NCBI GenBank assembly: GCA_001687465.1
Contig: LVLI01000043.1
Span: 1 to 64,000 of the forward strand
Length of the DNA: 64,000 nucleotides
DNA from: Halocafeteria seosinensis
Lineage: Eukaryota
Direction: 5' to 3'
Made by a program: the position numbers and the translations under genes. Shown here in pieces: positions 1 to 10,166 of this stretch. The notes under the pieces are model-generated. The model had not been told where the DNA came from and did no database searches. It saw nothing but the letters and a program-made list of their open reading frames with translations. Within the stretch, counting starts at the first letter, position 1; every line of letters begins with the position of its first letter.

Positions 1-705
1 GCATTCGCTTCCTCTTGGTCCGCTGTTTGCGACATGCTTCTGGTAATATGCCCTGGGTAATAGACAGACCAATATCAGTTGTTCACTTTTTGCCGTGATA
101 ATTTGCGCGTATCAACTCAAACTCAAAAAATTTGAAATTATCTGACTTCGCTGGTATTTCAAAACAGCAAAATCTTTGTGCCACGTGACCTTTTTTGTAA
201 TTTTTATCCCCCAGGGCAGGGGAGCCGTCTTCGGGGGGAAGGCTACTTTTGTCCGGCTGTGGCCCGTTCTGCGCCGCACAGTTGGCCCTGCCATGCACGG
301 TGCTGCAACGCAGTGGAGGGGAGTGCGCGCCGGCTCTGCCCGCTGGCACCCGCCTTTGAATCGCTCCCTGGGCCGGAGCTGCGCAAACATTTTACGGTTG
401 CGCGCGTAAGAAAGCGTAAAATCTTTCTGGCACATACGGGTATTATTAACAGGGATGCCATATAGCAAAGCTGACCTTTCCAGTGGAGAAAAAAAGAGAA
501 AAGCATTTTATGGCAGCATCCTGCGTTATTGTGCTCTGTGTAAGAGCTTTGGTAATGATGGGTCCGGGTTTCCGGGTCATTTTGGTCCGAAAACACCCGA
601 AATTTCGGGTGTCTTGACGTTCATGTACTAATATTATGCAGTGTGTATTGTTCCATTTTGACCCCTTGAATGTCATTATCGTAGGGAACTTGGTGGGCAG
701 GGAAA

Positions 706-2532
706 ATGCTGTCAAAACGGTGTATAAGGCACCAAAGGGCCTTGTTTCGGGCTCTGGAGACCCGAACTCGGAGGGCAAAATGGGCCCAAAAAAGCCTTCC
801 GGAGATCTCTTCTAGCGCTTTTATACAAGGTTCCTGGGGAAAACGAGGACTACACGGGTATACAATATCGTCCACAGAATCCTACACGCCGGACGCACCG
901 AGCAAAGTGCGACGCACTTTTGCGGACGCGAATGGCGAAGTGATCAGCCCCTGGCATGATGTCCCCTTCCGTGTAGCTACGGATGTTGCCGAGTATAATG
1001 ACGATACCAACCCTTCTCGTGGTGAAACGGACTCTTTTGACAGTATATTTGACGATGAGGATGAGGTAGGAAGCCATTTACCGAGGACAGATGATGGAAA
1101 TCGAGACGAAATGATCCAGAAAGGGACCGGGTCACTGCTACATAATGTGTGTACGAACCCAAAACATCAGGAAAGGGTGGTTGATGTGGCATATTTTGAA
1201 CCTTACAACCCTCTTTACTATACTACCGATACGTCCGGGAACCGACGGCTTCACTTGGTGCCACCGAGGTTCCATATTGGATTCGTCCCGCAGACCTATG
1301 CGCACCCATTGCAAGCTGATCCATTGGTAGGACAGGACTTGCGAGGGAATAACGCTGCTTTACAGACCATTGACTTATCAGACAAAAATGCATCGTCGGG
1401 AGATGTATATGCTCTCCAAATCTTGGGAGCCGTCGGCGTTACGGATCCTCACAGGAGTAGAATACAATGGGTGCTACTCGGGGCTCGTCCCACTGACAAA
1501 CTAGTGGAAGAGTGTCGACCAAATGGAGAAACGACACCGGATATAACAAACGCTTCTAGTTTAACCAAGAGGCGTGTAGAAGATATAAAGCATTGGCTGG
1601 TCACGCAGAGATTGCATGAAAATGGCCCCGAGCTGCCATTAGCTGCACGTGGGAAAGTGTTCTCTGCTTTAGAGGCAATGGACATTGCCCGTCGGCACAA
1701 CGAAGGTTGGTGTGAATACGTCCTTCGTGATAGGATTCATGAGTTTCAGCGTCCCAAATATGGTTACGAAAACCTTTCTCTTGCCTTAGAAAAACCGTGG
1801 CGACCTCCAATAGGTTGGGAGCCATACCAAAGCCCGTACTTGCCACCAGAGTACAGATATAAACTTACGAAACCCCGGGATCCACTAGACTACTATACAT
1901 CTCGGACCCAGTCGATTAGCCAAGATGAAACTCAAGCAACCAAAGAACTTAGTGAAGGGTCAAAACTCAAAGCCAGTAACGAGGGCCCGGAAACCCGTCG
2001 TGGATTTGCGGACCTGTCAGAAGACTTTGGAGAGAGAGTGAGACAGACTGATCCTCGGAAGGCAAAGTCAAGTGAAGAAGCTGACATGGTCGTCTTGGAA
2101 TCTCTAATGAGGGAAGCTCCTTTACATATTCATAGAATGGCTGTTATTCGATTGGCTGCTGCATTACCTGCGGGTGGACTACCTTCTTCGGATCGTATTT
2201 TGTATGAATATCAGCAGGCAATGTCCCTCGCAGGGGGATCTGGCGGATTTGTAGAGGAGGCAGACAGCTCAGGCATTCGCTCTGATGTGTCGGAGCCCGG
2301 TATGAGCATTCATGGACATGAAGGCGTAGGTCCCAATACTCCGAGGACCTCGCTGGAACGAGATGCGCCTTTAGCGCGAGCGCAAATACATGAAGCAATG
2401 ATGTTAGAAACCCGGCAGTCAGGGAAAATTTCTCCCCGAATTCAAGGAGTACGGGAGATGTTACTCAAAGCATCTCCTCAGCCTGATTGGTTCAACGATA
2501 ACTTTCCCTCTCAACAGCCTTCCGTCAAGTAG
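706..2532 (+). CDS. Family I inorganic pyrophosphatase-fold protein, probably catalytically inactive, with Arg-rich N-terminal leader and long C-terminal extension
   Basis: Intronless 608-aa ORF. Motifs ISPWHDVP, EPYNPL, GFVPQTY, GNNAALQTID and LGAVGVTD...WVLLG follow the order of eukaryotic PPase motifs (ISPWHDIP, EPLNPI, YGAFPQTW, GDNDPIDV, LG...DEGETDWK), but most catalytic residues are replaced. Confidence 0.75.
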   Translation: MLSKRCIRHQRALFRALETRTRRAKWAQKSLPEISSSAFIQGSWGKRGLHGYTISSTESYTPDAPSKVRRTFADANGEVISPWHDVPFRVATDVAEYNDDTNPSRGETDSFDSIFDDEDEVGSHLPRTDDGNRDEMIQKGTGSLLHNVCTNPKHQERVVDVAYFEPYNPLYYTTDTSGNRRLHLVPPRFHIGFVPQTYAHPLQADPLVGQDLRGNNAALQTIDLSDKNASSGDVYALQILGAVGVTDPHRSRIQWVLLGARPTDKLVEECRPNGETTPDITNASSLTKRRVEDIKHWLVTQRLHENGPELPLAARGKVFSALEAMDIARRHNEGWCEYVLRDRIHEFQRPKYGYENLSLALEKPWRPPIGWEPYQSPYLPPEYRYKLTKPRDPLDYYTSRTQSISQDETQATKELSEGSKLKASNEGPETRRGFADLSEDFGERVRQTDPRKAKSSEEADMVVLESLMREAPLHIHRMAVIRLAAALPAGGLPSSDRILYEYQQAMSLAGGSGGFVEEADSSGIRSDVSEPGMSIHGHEGVGPNTPRTSLERDAPLARAQIHEAMMLETRQSGKISPRIQGVREMLLKASPQPDWFNDNFPSQQPSVK

Positions 2533-2960
2533 TGGCCAAGCTGCTGGAAAATAGGGAAAATATACGGTGGGACCGTGTATTGTTAGTACTTACAGTAGGG
2601 TAGTTGATAGAGTGTTGTTCAATTTATTCCCTCCTTCCGCAAATCCCGGTAGTGGACACGTGTTGCACATACGGGCGCCAATTTCCATTTCCTGTTCGTT
2701 TACTCCAGTCCTCGTACCATCCATTAAAAATCGCTTAGTCCACACTTTGCAACCGTGAACCAATTTTTAATCTTCTCTTCTTTGCCTTATGTACATTGAT
2801 TAGACTTCCACACCAAGTTGAAGTTGGAGTATCCCGTAGTGGGGTTCATCTAGGTCATTAAGTTTCTACAGTATTGTCGAGTACAATCAAACCAAAAAAA
2901 AAGAAAAAAGGTTTCATTTCGTTGCTGCTTGAGAGTACCGCCATCTGAGGAGTGCTTTGA

Positions 2961-4157
2961 ATGGACACGGAAAAAAACGAGAGCAGTATGCCTGGACGTC
3001 CATTCCCGGTAGGCGGGGCTAACGCCTTTGAGTACTTCATGACGCGGACGCTTTCGATTCCTCGCCCTTACGTGATGTCGACGCTACTTTCGGTGTTGGT
3101 GCTCACGGGGATAATTTCGTTCGGCATTGTGCATAATGCCAATAGCACATCGCTTTCGTCGCCGGCGGCACCGGAAACGCAGTTTGTCAATGGAAAGAGT
3201 ATGGGAAGTTACGCGGAAGATGGAAGCCAAGGTGAAACGGATGCTTTCACTACCATGGAAGCGCCTGCGTTCCAGGGTGAAAGCATGGAATCCCAGTCTT
3301 TCAAACAATCTGCGCGCAGGCGAAGTGGAGGAGTAGCGAGGTCGTCGGAATTGAACATGGCGTCGACGTCCGGAGGTGCTGGTCCAGGTCCCAGACGGGA
3401 TTCAACTCAGAACCCGAGAGAAGCTGGAGGTACTCCTTCTTCCATGTTCATTTACCAGGGAAGTGCTACCGTAGATGTACGCAGAGATGCAGATATGGAA
3501 CAAGTGATGGATGAGGTTCAGCGCTACGTCGAAGGAAATAAAGGCTACATCGAAAACAGAAACCTCGACAAACCGCGGCGAAACAACCTGGAATTTGGGT
3601 CGGCATCTGCTCATATGACCGTTCGGATTCCATCGGATAAGTTCTATACCTTGTTCGATTGGTTATCGCGTAACTGTGTTGGAGTTGAATCATTGGGCGC
3701 TCAATCAATGAACACCCAGGATGTAACTCAAGAATACGTGGACACCGAAACGCGCTTACGAGTGAAGCGCAATGCCATGGAACGATTTGAGCAGATTATG
3801 AGCAAAGCCACAACCGTACAGGAAACACTGAATGTTCAGAGAGAAATGAATCGCCTAACAGAAGAAATTGAAAGCCAAAAGAGGCGCCAACAGTGGCTCG
3901 AAAAACAAGTATCTTTATCCACTGTAACACTGTACTTCCGCATGGCTCCCAAAGCCGATGAGCCTCCTCGCGATGATGGTGGATGGCATCCCTGGAGCAC
4001 GATTCGCTACAGCTTTAACTTATGGGTTCAAGGAGCTCAATGGTTTATCGATTTTCTCATCGTTTTCGTCGTTGTTTTGCTACCCGTTTCTCTGATCGTT
4101 GGCTTGGTGGCTTATTTCACTCTTAGGCTCATTCATCCTCCGACTGCCCAAGACTAA
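2961..4157 (+). CDS. DUF4349-domain membrane protein
   Basis: Intronless 398-aa ORF with an N-terminal TM and a C-terminal TM. Core IYQGSATVDV...GYIEN...MTVRIPSDKF...QDVTQEYVDTETRL...EEIESQKRRQQWLEKQVSLSTVTL matches the DUF4349 pattern as I recall it. Confidence 0.75.
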   Translation: MDTEKNESSMPGRPFPVGGANAFEYFMTRTLSIPRPYVMSTLLSVLVLTGIISFGIVHNANSTSLSSPAAPETQFVNGKSMGSYAEDGSQGETDAFTTMEAPAFQGESMESQSFKQSARRRSGGVARSSELNMASTSGGAGPGPRRDSTQNPREAGGTPSSMFIYQGSATVDVRRDADMEQVMDEVQRYVEGNKGYIENRNLDKPRRNNLEFGSASAHMTVRIPSDKFYTLFDWLSRNCVGVESLGAQSMNTQDVTQEYVDTETRLRVKRNAMERFEQIMSKATTVQETLNVQREMNRLTEEIESQKRRQQWLEKQVSLSTVTLYFRMAPKADEPPRDDGGWHPWSTIRYSFNLWVQGAQWFIDFLIVFVVVLLPVSLIVGLVAYFTLRLIHPPTAQD

Positions 4158-4403
4158 CTCAGAATGGAGAAAGATCGAAGACAAGATGCCCAGCGAATAG
4201 GTTACATTAATCCAAGTGGAAAAGGTCATTGAGGTCATTTTAGGGACACCTCAGGGTTGGCTGACAACTTCGGCCACACCGGCATCACATTCGATATACA
4301 ACTCCTTTTCATACACACTCGCGGTCCAACAACGGTTGAGGTCTTCGCTCCATTTCCGTCGGACAGGTATCGTAGTTCTATATATCAAGCACCTTGGATT
4401 AAG

Positions 4404-5735
4404 TCACTTCCGTCGTTTCTTTTGTTGTTCTTCGAAGGCTTTATCCACTGTGCGACACAGGCGGCTATTTTGACAAGACTTTAGGAGCCCCTTTCCCAAC
4501 ACAGGATCATATCGATCTCCCGGATTAGGTGGCGTATTGAAGCGGCTGATTCCACTCGGTTCAATCGATCTCACATCTATTTTGATTCCGCCAAGATACT
4601 GTCTAATACCGTACGTTGTATAAGCTCCTACTACCTCGTCTGATAAATTGAACACCTTCTGAATGTGTTCCGCAATTCCCGCGAAAGCTCCTTTTCTCCA
4701 GAGCTTGGACGAGAGATACGCCTCAGCAAATGATTTGTATAACCAACAGTCCACGTAAATGTCACTACCAGGTTCTATGATATTGGTCTCAGATAGTTCT
4801 TTCCGAGTTTGCTCCTCTGCCTCACTATCCAATTCTTCGAGAGGAATATGTACAGGAATTCTTGCAATCTCGATGCCCGTTATGTAGTAGAAGATTTCAC
4901 GTTTGATGCTTGCTTCCACGGCTTCCAAAGGGTCTTCAGCAAGTTCAGTCACTTTGGCGTCCATAATATCATCCAGCAAACATTCTGTGCAACAAGCGAG
5001 AGCATTCGAATACATAAAGCCGAAGTAGGCTTACTCTCTATGTTCTGATACCGACGTACCGATGACACGAGCATCTTGGGCGGGCAGTTTATCGTAATTA
5101 TTGCCTCTCTGTGTCGGTTCGGTTGCGCAAAGAGCCTTTCCTGCTTTCTTATTGCGCTGCATATATCGGATGTTTTCAAAGCACGTATACAAGAAACCAT
5201 GCAGCGCGAACTGCAAGTGCCAGACACAGACCCAATCCAATGGCTTTCAATGAAGATCCGTGTGTAATAATGCATGAGTACGTACTGAGCTCTCATAGCT
5301 TCCACGGTCTTTCCAGTCAAATGGCTTGTCCTCCACATACTCTGAGCTAAAGGTCTTTTTGGGATTCGTCAATTTCTCCCAGAAATAATACCGCTTATCT
5401 TCGTAATCAGCATGGGACTTTGGCTGCCGCCGTTCGATGGGAATATCATACTGCTCCTCTTCCTCGTCTGAACTCTCTGTATCACTGTCTTCCTTCTCTT
5501 CCTCCTCCACTGACGTGTCGGAGGCTTCACTTCCACCAGCGCGTCTGAGGGGGCTCTCATCTCCTTCCTGTGCCGTGGTCGGTCCCTCAGACGAAGCGGA
5601 GGAGGGGGTACCCGTAGCATTCACCTTGTCCGGGGCTTGTTGTAGTTCATGCCGCTGGGAATCCGTGAAGGGGGGCTGGTGGCCTCCGTCCAAAAATAAG
5701 TGGGAAAACAGAAAAGGCTCGGGTAAAGGTTCCAT
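4404..5735 (-). CDS. Hypothetical protein, 3 exons, acidic N-terminal region
   Basis: Three same-frame ORF pieces (5247-5753, 5031-5240, 4404-5015) are joined by two GT-AG introns (GTACGT...TTGCAG and GTAAGC...GCACAG) that remove the in-frame stops. No recognised domain. Confidence 0.6.
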
Positions 5736-5812
5736 TATCGTTGGGATTGTCACTTTTCATGCCATTCACATGCATACCTGCCCTGGCGTTCCTGGCTGGC
5801 GCAAAATAGACC

Positions 5813-6669
5813 ATGTACCACCGCGTTTCGGTATCAACAATCCGTAGAACTTCCTGTCGACTAACTGTATCGTGTTCCTGTAGACCTTGTGCTTATACGA
5901 CGCCGCCCAAGAGGACAATGGCGTCCCAGTCCAAAGAAGAGCCTCGAAAGATCAAAGTGTACACGCGTACAGGGGATAAAGGGACCTCTATGCTCTTCAA
6001 TGGGGAACGACGTGACAAGAATGACCCCTTATTCATGGCCCTCGGCGACGTGGATGAGCTCAATGCGTACGTGGGACTCGCTTTGGAGCACTGTAAGCTC
6101 TCGGAAGGGGACGCTTTCCAGAGCCTCGTGGGGCAATTAAGCATCATTCAGAGCCGTCTTTTGGACGCGGGGTCGGCCATTGCCACCCCCTTATCGAGCT
6201 CAGGGGAAACGCAGACGAGCCGGGTGGCCTTTGAGGAAGCGCATGTGGATACCTTGGAGCAGTGGATCGATCAAATGGAAGACCAGCTTCCCACTCTTCG
6301 GAACTTTATACTTCCCGTAAGTCTTACGCCGTTTGATTTTGACGTCACGTGACGCACGAGTTGATCAAATGATGTATTCTGGTGCAGTCTGGAGGCCTGG
6401 CTTCCTCCCATTTACACGTAGCGCGCACTCTATGCCGACGCGCTGAGCGCCGTGTGACAGATCTTGTACACAGTGGAGACGTGCCTACGGCGGTCTCGCG
6501 GTATTTGAATCGCTTGAGCGATTATTTCTTTGTCGCAGCGCGATTTGCGGCGCATGAAAATGGGACCCCGGAGCAGGTGTATCAAAAAGGCACGGGTTTG
6601 GCGTCCTCCAGTTCTGAAATGCGCTCCAAGCGCACCACAGGAGACAACAGCACCGCTGATGCCGAGTAG
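5813..6669 (+). CDS. MMAB: ATP:cob(I)alamin adenosyltransferase, PduO/MMAB type, with mitochondrial-type leader
   Basis: KVYTRTGDKGTS, GDVDELN, LPTLRNFILP|SGG...HVARTLCRRAERR and YLNRLSDYFF are signature motifs. One intron at 6317-6387. Confidence 0.95.
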
Positions 6670-6975
6670 ACTGAGTATGAGAATGGAACCACCGATGACG
6701 ATAATGACGAGGTAAAAAGGATACTCGTTTAGAGATGCTGCTGTATCTTTCTGACCTGGAACTCGAGGTTCCACGTGGAGCTTAGCTAGCTACTAGCTAC
6801 TATCACGGCGCGTGTATCGCTGGTTCTCAAATCACGCGCTCACAGATTCTCTCCGAGGATCAAGCTTGCTGGGGAATGGATATATCTATCCCCGAGCTCC
6901 TTATAGTGGTTGGCATTCGATCGAGGAAGAGGAATTCACAACTACAGAATTTCGATTCCAGACACAATACTTTGG

Positions 6976-7658
6976 TCATACGTTAAAGGCATTATATAAG
7001 TATGTCCATACTACCTGCGACCGCAATTATATTGAGCATCTATTCATCCAAAAATTTTTGTCGGCCTCCCCTCGTTGTGCATGTATACGTACCAAATAGA
7101 GTCCGAACGATGGCATAAATCCTGAAGTGAGTAGTTCCTTGGTGGACCATTCTGTCTCTTCGGACCCCACTTCTATGCCTAAATAGCCTCGAATATACAC
7201 CATCACAATCAAGAAATTCGCCACCACGTATCTGTATGTCATGGCATGGCATCATTCCGTATCATCCTCCTGGATTCCACCGAGAGAGGAATTCTCGGAT
7301 TCCTTCCTTCGGATTTACTTACGAGAGTATTGCTGGAGCTCCCACGGCACCTGATAAGGCCACAATCACTCCAAGGAAAACAGCCAGAATCTGTCGGGCC
7401 CAATAAATGACGTCTAATAGCTCGGGGAATTCACTCTGCATGGGGGAAAGGAACCAAGTGGAATTTAATGAAAAGGAATTCTCCTCCTTTGTCCCCGCTT
7501 GTATGATATACTAGAAGCCACTACTATATCCTAGTGGTACATACTTTCTCATATTGAGCACCTTGTTCTAATGCCATTGACATGATATCGGGCCATTTTC
7601 GGGCACTCGATGCTGTATGATTAGTGTTGTTCGAGGAGGTCGATTTGTTAGTACTCAT
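6976..7658 (-). CDS. RAB5IF: RAB5-interacting factor (Rab5ip / C20orf24 family) membrane protein, 4 exons
   Basis: Spliced translation contains EFPELLDVIYWARQILAVFLGVIV...YLGIEV...WSTKELLTSGFMPSFGLYL|VVWTYLYN, matching the family pattern FLDVIYWFRQ...WEL.KEGFM.SF.LF. ATG at 7658, TGA at 6976. Confidence 0.85.
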
Positions 7659-7712
7659 TCTGTCCTTTTCTTTTTATTACACTCTATACATAAAGAGAAG
7701 AGCATAATAAAA

Positions 7713-10030
7713 ATGGCGACAATACCAACCCGATATAAAGCTATTTTGTGGCTGAATTTAGCAGGTAGGTCGGGGGAAAAGCGGCCCGATGAAGGCCCCT
7801 TTTGTCACTCTAATGATCCCTTTCCTTCTATATAAAATGGCAAACTTTTGTTGAACTTTTGGAGGAATTGCAGGCGTTATTGCCTTTTCCGTGGGCTTTT
7901 TCATTGCGCGGATCGTGATTAATGGCGTCTATAAAGTCCTTAGTGTGCTCGGATTGCGCTTCTTGCTGGACTGGTTCTTCAAACACACGGAATCGCTACG
8001 GAACGTGTTTCGGCTTCATTTAGGAGAAACTCGCCGGACCCGCGAGAGTTACATTTTTGGTGACACGCCGGAATTGGTTCGAGGATTAGGGTGCGAAGTG
8101 GAGGAGCATTCGGTGTTCACACAGGACGGGTTCATTCTCGGGATCCACCGCATGGTTCTCCCGCCGCTGGAGGAGTACAAGCGCGAGAACTGGAGAGAGG
8201 TCCTCCAAACTCCCGAAGAGGAACAGAAATTATCGGAGGCTTTAGCGTCGACCTCTGCATCTCCTCGTAGAAACGGGTCTCAAATGGGACCGACAAAGCG
8301 CAATAGGGATGCAAGGCCGCCAGTTCTACTTCAGCATGGACTGATGCAGAATTCCGAATCGTTTGTGTGCAGTGGCGAGCACTCCCTAGCATTATTTCTC
8401 CTGGTATGAAAGCATGATGAAGTCTAGTTTGTTCCGCGTTTGTCAATCCACTTTTATGTTACGTGTTTGAACAGGAAGCCGGATATGATGTTTGGCTTGG
8501 GAATAACCGTGGGAACAAATACAGCTGCAATCATATCCGTCTCGACCCACGCCATGCCGCGTTTTGGGACTATTGCATTGATGACCTGGCTCGAGATGGT
8601 ACGCAGTTGAGGAAAACTAGATATAGAAAGAGGACTGTCAAGATGTCTATTTTGTTTCTATACAGATATACCGTCAACTATAGACTACATCTTAAAGACG
8701 ACGGGACACGAGTCCTTGGGATACGTCGGCTTCAGTCAAGGCTCAGCTCAGCTTTTTTCAGCATTGTCATCGCAACCCAGTAAGTCTCTGGGAGGTTGGC
8801 GAATTTTCCACTTGTCAATAAGCAAATGCTTTTTCCTGATCTTTGCTTACATCAGAATTGCAAGAGAAGGTTAACTCTTTCGTTGCGCTATCAGCCGCGT
8901 ACAGCATTGCTGGCCTATCGCCGTCAGTCCTAGCTTCGCTGGTAGAGGCCAATGTCAATTTCATTTATCTAATGTTTGGACAAAAAAGGATGTTAAGTCA
9001 AGCACTAGTATGGCAGCGCATGCTTTCTCCGAGGCAATTTGCGCGGGTAATTGAAATGTAAGCACAGATTTGTGTAGTGCGAATACGTACTCTCCTATAT
9101 TTGAGGAATATTTCGTGCAGAAGTGTGAATTTTTTATTTAGTTGGAATATGGAAAACCTGGATGATCATAGGAAACTCCAATTGTATCAGCACATCTACT
9201 CCTATTCGAGTGTGAAAAACGTGGTCCACTGGTTTCAGATTCTGCGTGAAAAGAGGCTTCAGATGTATCTGGACCCAGCTCAGAAGCCGGGAGCCACGGC
9301 TAGGCCGTATGACATTTCTCTCATTGAGACACCGATGGCTCTTTTTATTGGAGGCTACGATGGCCTGTTAGATATTCCGTCGCTACTACAACATACGCCA
9401 TTGGACACTTACGTTTATTTCGAACCGACATACGAGCACATGGACTACATTTGGGCGGAAGATGCCGTGCTACCAGGGAAGACTTTTGAAAATGTTTTAG
9501 CTTTCCTTAAAGAACATGAGGATACTTCGTCTGTACATGCCGATGAAAAAGCCATGGTCCGCCGCTTTGGGCGAGCGAGGCCTGAACAGTTAATATCACG
9601 GGTACTGTCAGAGGATATGGAAACCAGCCAACTGTCAGGCCTTACTAGCGAAGAGAACGATATGCTTGCCGAGGAAAGGCCACTTGGAGGCTATCTAGAA
9701 TTTCGGCCGATACATATACGTCAAGAGAAAGAAGACCGATACACAGATACTAACAGAGACCGATCGCTGCGGCGTTGGAAGTGGCTCTTGCTCACTCTAC
9801 GTCGGACCAAGATTGACTCAAATAGCGGCGATCCTACCGCAGGCCATAATGTCCTAATAGATACAATGCTTATCCGATCTGTGTATCGGAGGCTCCAACA
9901 TATCCCGGAATTCTCATCTCTCCGTGGAGAAGCTGAAGCAATACTAGAGAACCGTTACGTCAATGGGGGTGAATCAGCAGAAGAAGATTCCGAAGACAGC
10001 CAGTCCTCTGGATCAAAGCAGCGCATGTAA
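7713..10030 (+). CDS. Acid lipase / sterol esterase (abhydro_lipase plus alpha/beta hydrolase), multi-exon
   Basis: EEHSVFTQDGFILGIHRM, PPVLLQHGLMQNSE, GYDVWLGNNRGNKYS, GFSQG nucleophile elbow, GGYDGL and YEHMDYIW. The first exon MATIPTRYKAILWLNLA joins through a GTAGGT...TTGCAG intron. Confidence 0.9.
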
Positions 10031-10166
10031 GCATCCTTTAGTTTCCTTACTGACTCAGGTAGAAAATACGCGTGGAATGCCTAGAAATTCCTCAACAATT
10101 GAAACCGATACAAAAATGAGCCCGCATTCCGGCAAGTCATTCATGCAAGGTTGGTTTCTTCTGAGT

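Noticed and set aside
1..35. Possible gene start MSQTADQEEAN on the minus strand running off the window
   Set aside because: Only 11 codons are visible, which is too little to support a call.
5031..5249. In-frame TGA (5247) and TAA (5031) between three same-frame ORFs, suggesting readthrough, selenocysteine or an alternative genetic code
   Set aside because: Both stops fall inside canonical GT-AG introns whose removal restores the frame. Other genes end normally in TAA, TAG and TGA.
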